DNA of 32,000 nt from the NCBI GenBank assembly GCA_963704755.1, contig OY969938.1, forward strand, positions 3,210,001 through 3,242,000. The letters are read 5' to 3'. The notes below the pieces were generated by a model that worked only from the letters and a program-made list of their open reading frames with translations, was not told the DNA's origin and did not search any database. This document shows, one piece after another, positions 31,541 through 32,000 of this stretch (position 1 is the stretch's first letter; each line of letters begins with the position of its first letter). Source of the stretch: an uncultured Chloroflexia bacterium. Its GTDB lineage: Bacteria > Chloroflexota > Anaerolineae > Anaerolineales > Anaerolineaceae. The position numbers and the translations under genes were made by a program.

Positions 31541-31595
31541 CCCGAATTTGAGGTGTCTGTGGGGACGAAGTCCCCATAGACACCTCAAATTCGGG
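31541..31595. repeat. Long palindrome H12 (26-bp stem with one G:T/A:C position, GAA loop) in the operon leader
   Basis: CCCGAATTTGAGGTGTCTGTGGGGAC-GAA-GTCCCCATAGACACCTCAAATTCGGG. It lies between the riboswitch terminator and the btuF RBS. Confidence 0.9.
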
Positions 31596-31618
31596 TATCT
31601 TAGCAGTTCCGGTAGTTT

Positions 31619-31644
31619 AAACAAAAAACCTGCCACGCGGCAGG
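31619..31644 (-). terminator. Riboswitch expression-platform terminator
   Basis: Minus strand reads CCTGCC-GCGT-GGCAGG followed by TTTTTTGTTT. Confidence 0.7.
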
Positions 31645-31709
31645 AGGAACGACTTTCCTTAAAACAGGATACCGTTCCCAATTACCTTTCCGCGAGGCTG
31701 TGGGAACAT

Positions 31710-31857
31710 CGGTAGGGCGGGCGACCTGGCTCGTTTAATCGTATAAAACGATTAAACCTACAGTTGCGGGACAGCGTCGGACTTCGCCCAGTATTCACTG
31801 AGCGGCACCGACATCGCCATTAAACTTTCTCATCCGGGAGTAGAAGTACCCTGACCG
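31710..31857 (-). promoter_or_regulatory. Cobalamin (B12) riboswitch aptamer
   Basis: The minus strand contains the conserved core GCTGTCCCGCAACTGTAGG and a B12-box-like AGCCAGGTCGCCCGCC (12/16 to rAGYCMGgAgaCCkGCc). P1 closes as CGGT(C)AGGG/CCCTACCG. Position upstream of btuFCD-cobTSU fits. Confidence 0.75.
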
Positions 31858-32000
31858 AAGTTTCGATTTGTAACGATCAACTTTCAAGATATGACAATTG
31901 CTTACTTGCTTTGGGCAGGCGTGTAACACCTACAAACTTACTATACAGCAATCTGGCAGGAGAGTCTATCAGGAGAAATGCACATTTTTGTAAGGGTTTC

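Noticed and set aside
10091-31595. Possibility that the recurring palindromes form a CRISPR array or arrays
   Set aside because: The palindromes differ in sequence, are separated by whole genes rather than regular 30-40-nt spacers, and no cas genes are present.
31971-32000. AGGAG followed by ATG at 31978 at the right edge, a possible start of a plus-strand gene
   Set aside because: Only 2 nt separate the SD-like sequence from the ATG, and only about 7 codons are visible. There is insufficient evidence.

Overview
About 58-60% GC bacterial chromosomal window. Ala/Thr/Pro-rich linkers after the lipoprotein Cys in both solute-binding proteins suggest a monoderm Chloroflexota/Anaerolineae-like host (low confidence, not verifiable here). 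The coding content falls into five blocks. (1) 1-10041, minus strand: a beta-mannoside/oligosaccharide utilisation locus with GH2 beta-mannosidase, LacI regulator, ABC binding protein, two permeases and a GH3 that runs off the left edge and is absent from the ORF track. (2) 10091-11945: an MntA/HepT (MNT/HEPN) toxin-antitoxin pair and fpg/mutM, each preceded by a copy of the same 87-bp hairpin-plus-promoter module. (3) 12374-19655: a corrinoid-dependent methyltransferase system with a GntR regulator, two corrinoid proteins, a pterin-binding methyltransferase, a URO-D-family methyltransferase, a RACE-type reductive activator and a DUF1638 protein. (4) 19895-25517: a twice-frameshifted COG4941-type sigma factor pseudogene, a SWIM+SNF2 helicase and an XRE regulator with a small membrane protein. 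(5) 25696-31857, minus strand: a cobalamin-riboswitch-led btuFCD-cobT-cobS-cobU uptake/salvage operon. The most unusual signals are non-coding. One is a tandem array of three intact and one decayed ~239-nt hairpin-rich units at 6604-7483. The other is a dispersed, modular family of at least 12 long (14-27 bp stem), almost always perfect palindromes that sit in most intergenic gaps from 10 kb onward, including gaps between co-transcribed cistrons. Paralogous copies show compensatory changes and flipped loops. I could not assign either signal to a named RNA or repeat family from memory. Several ORF-track starts are too far upstream and were re-called from RBS and neighbour-overlap evidence.
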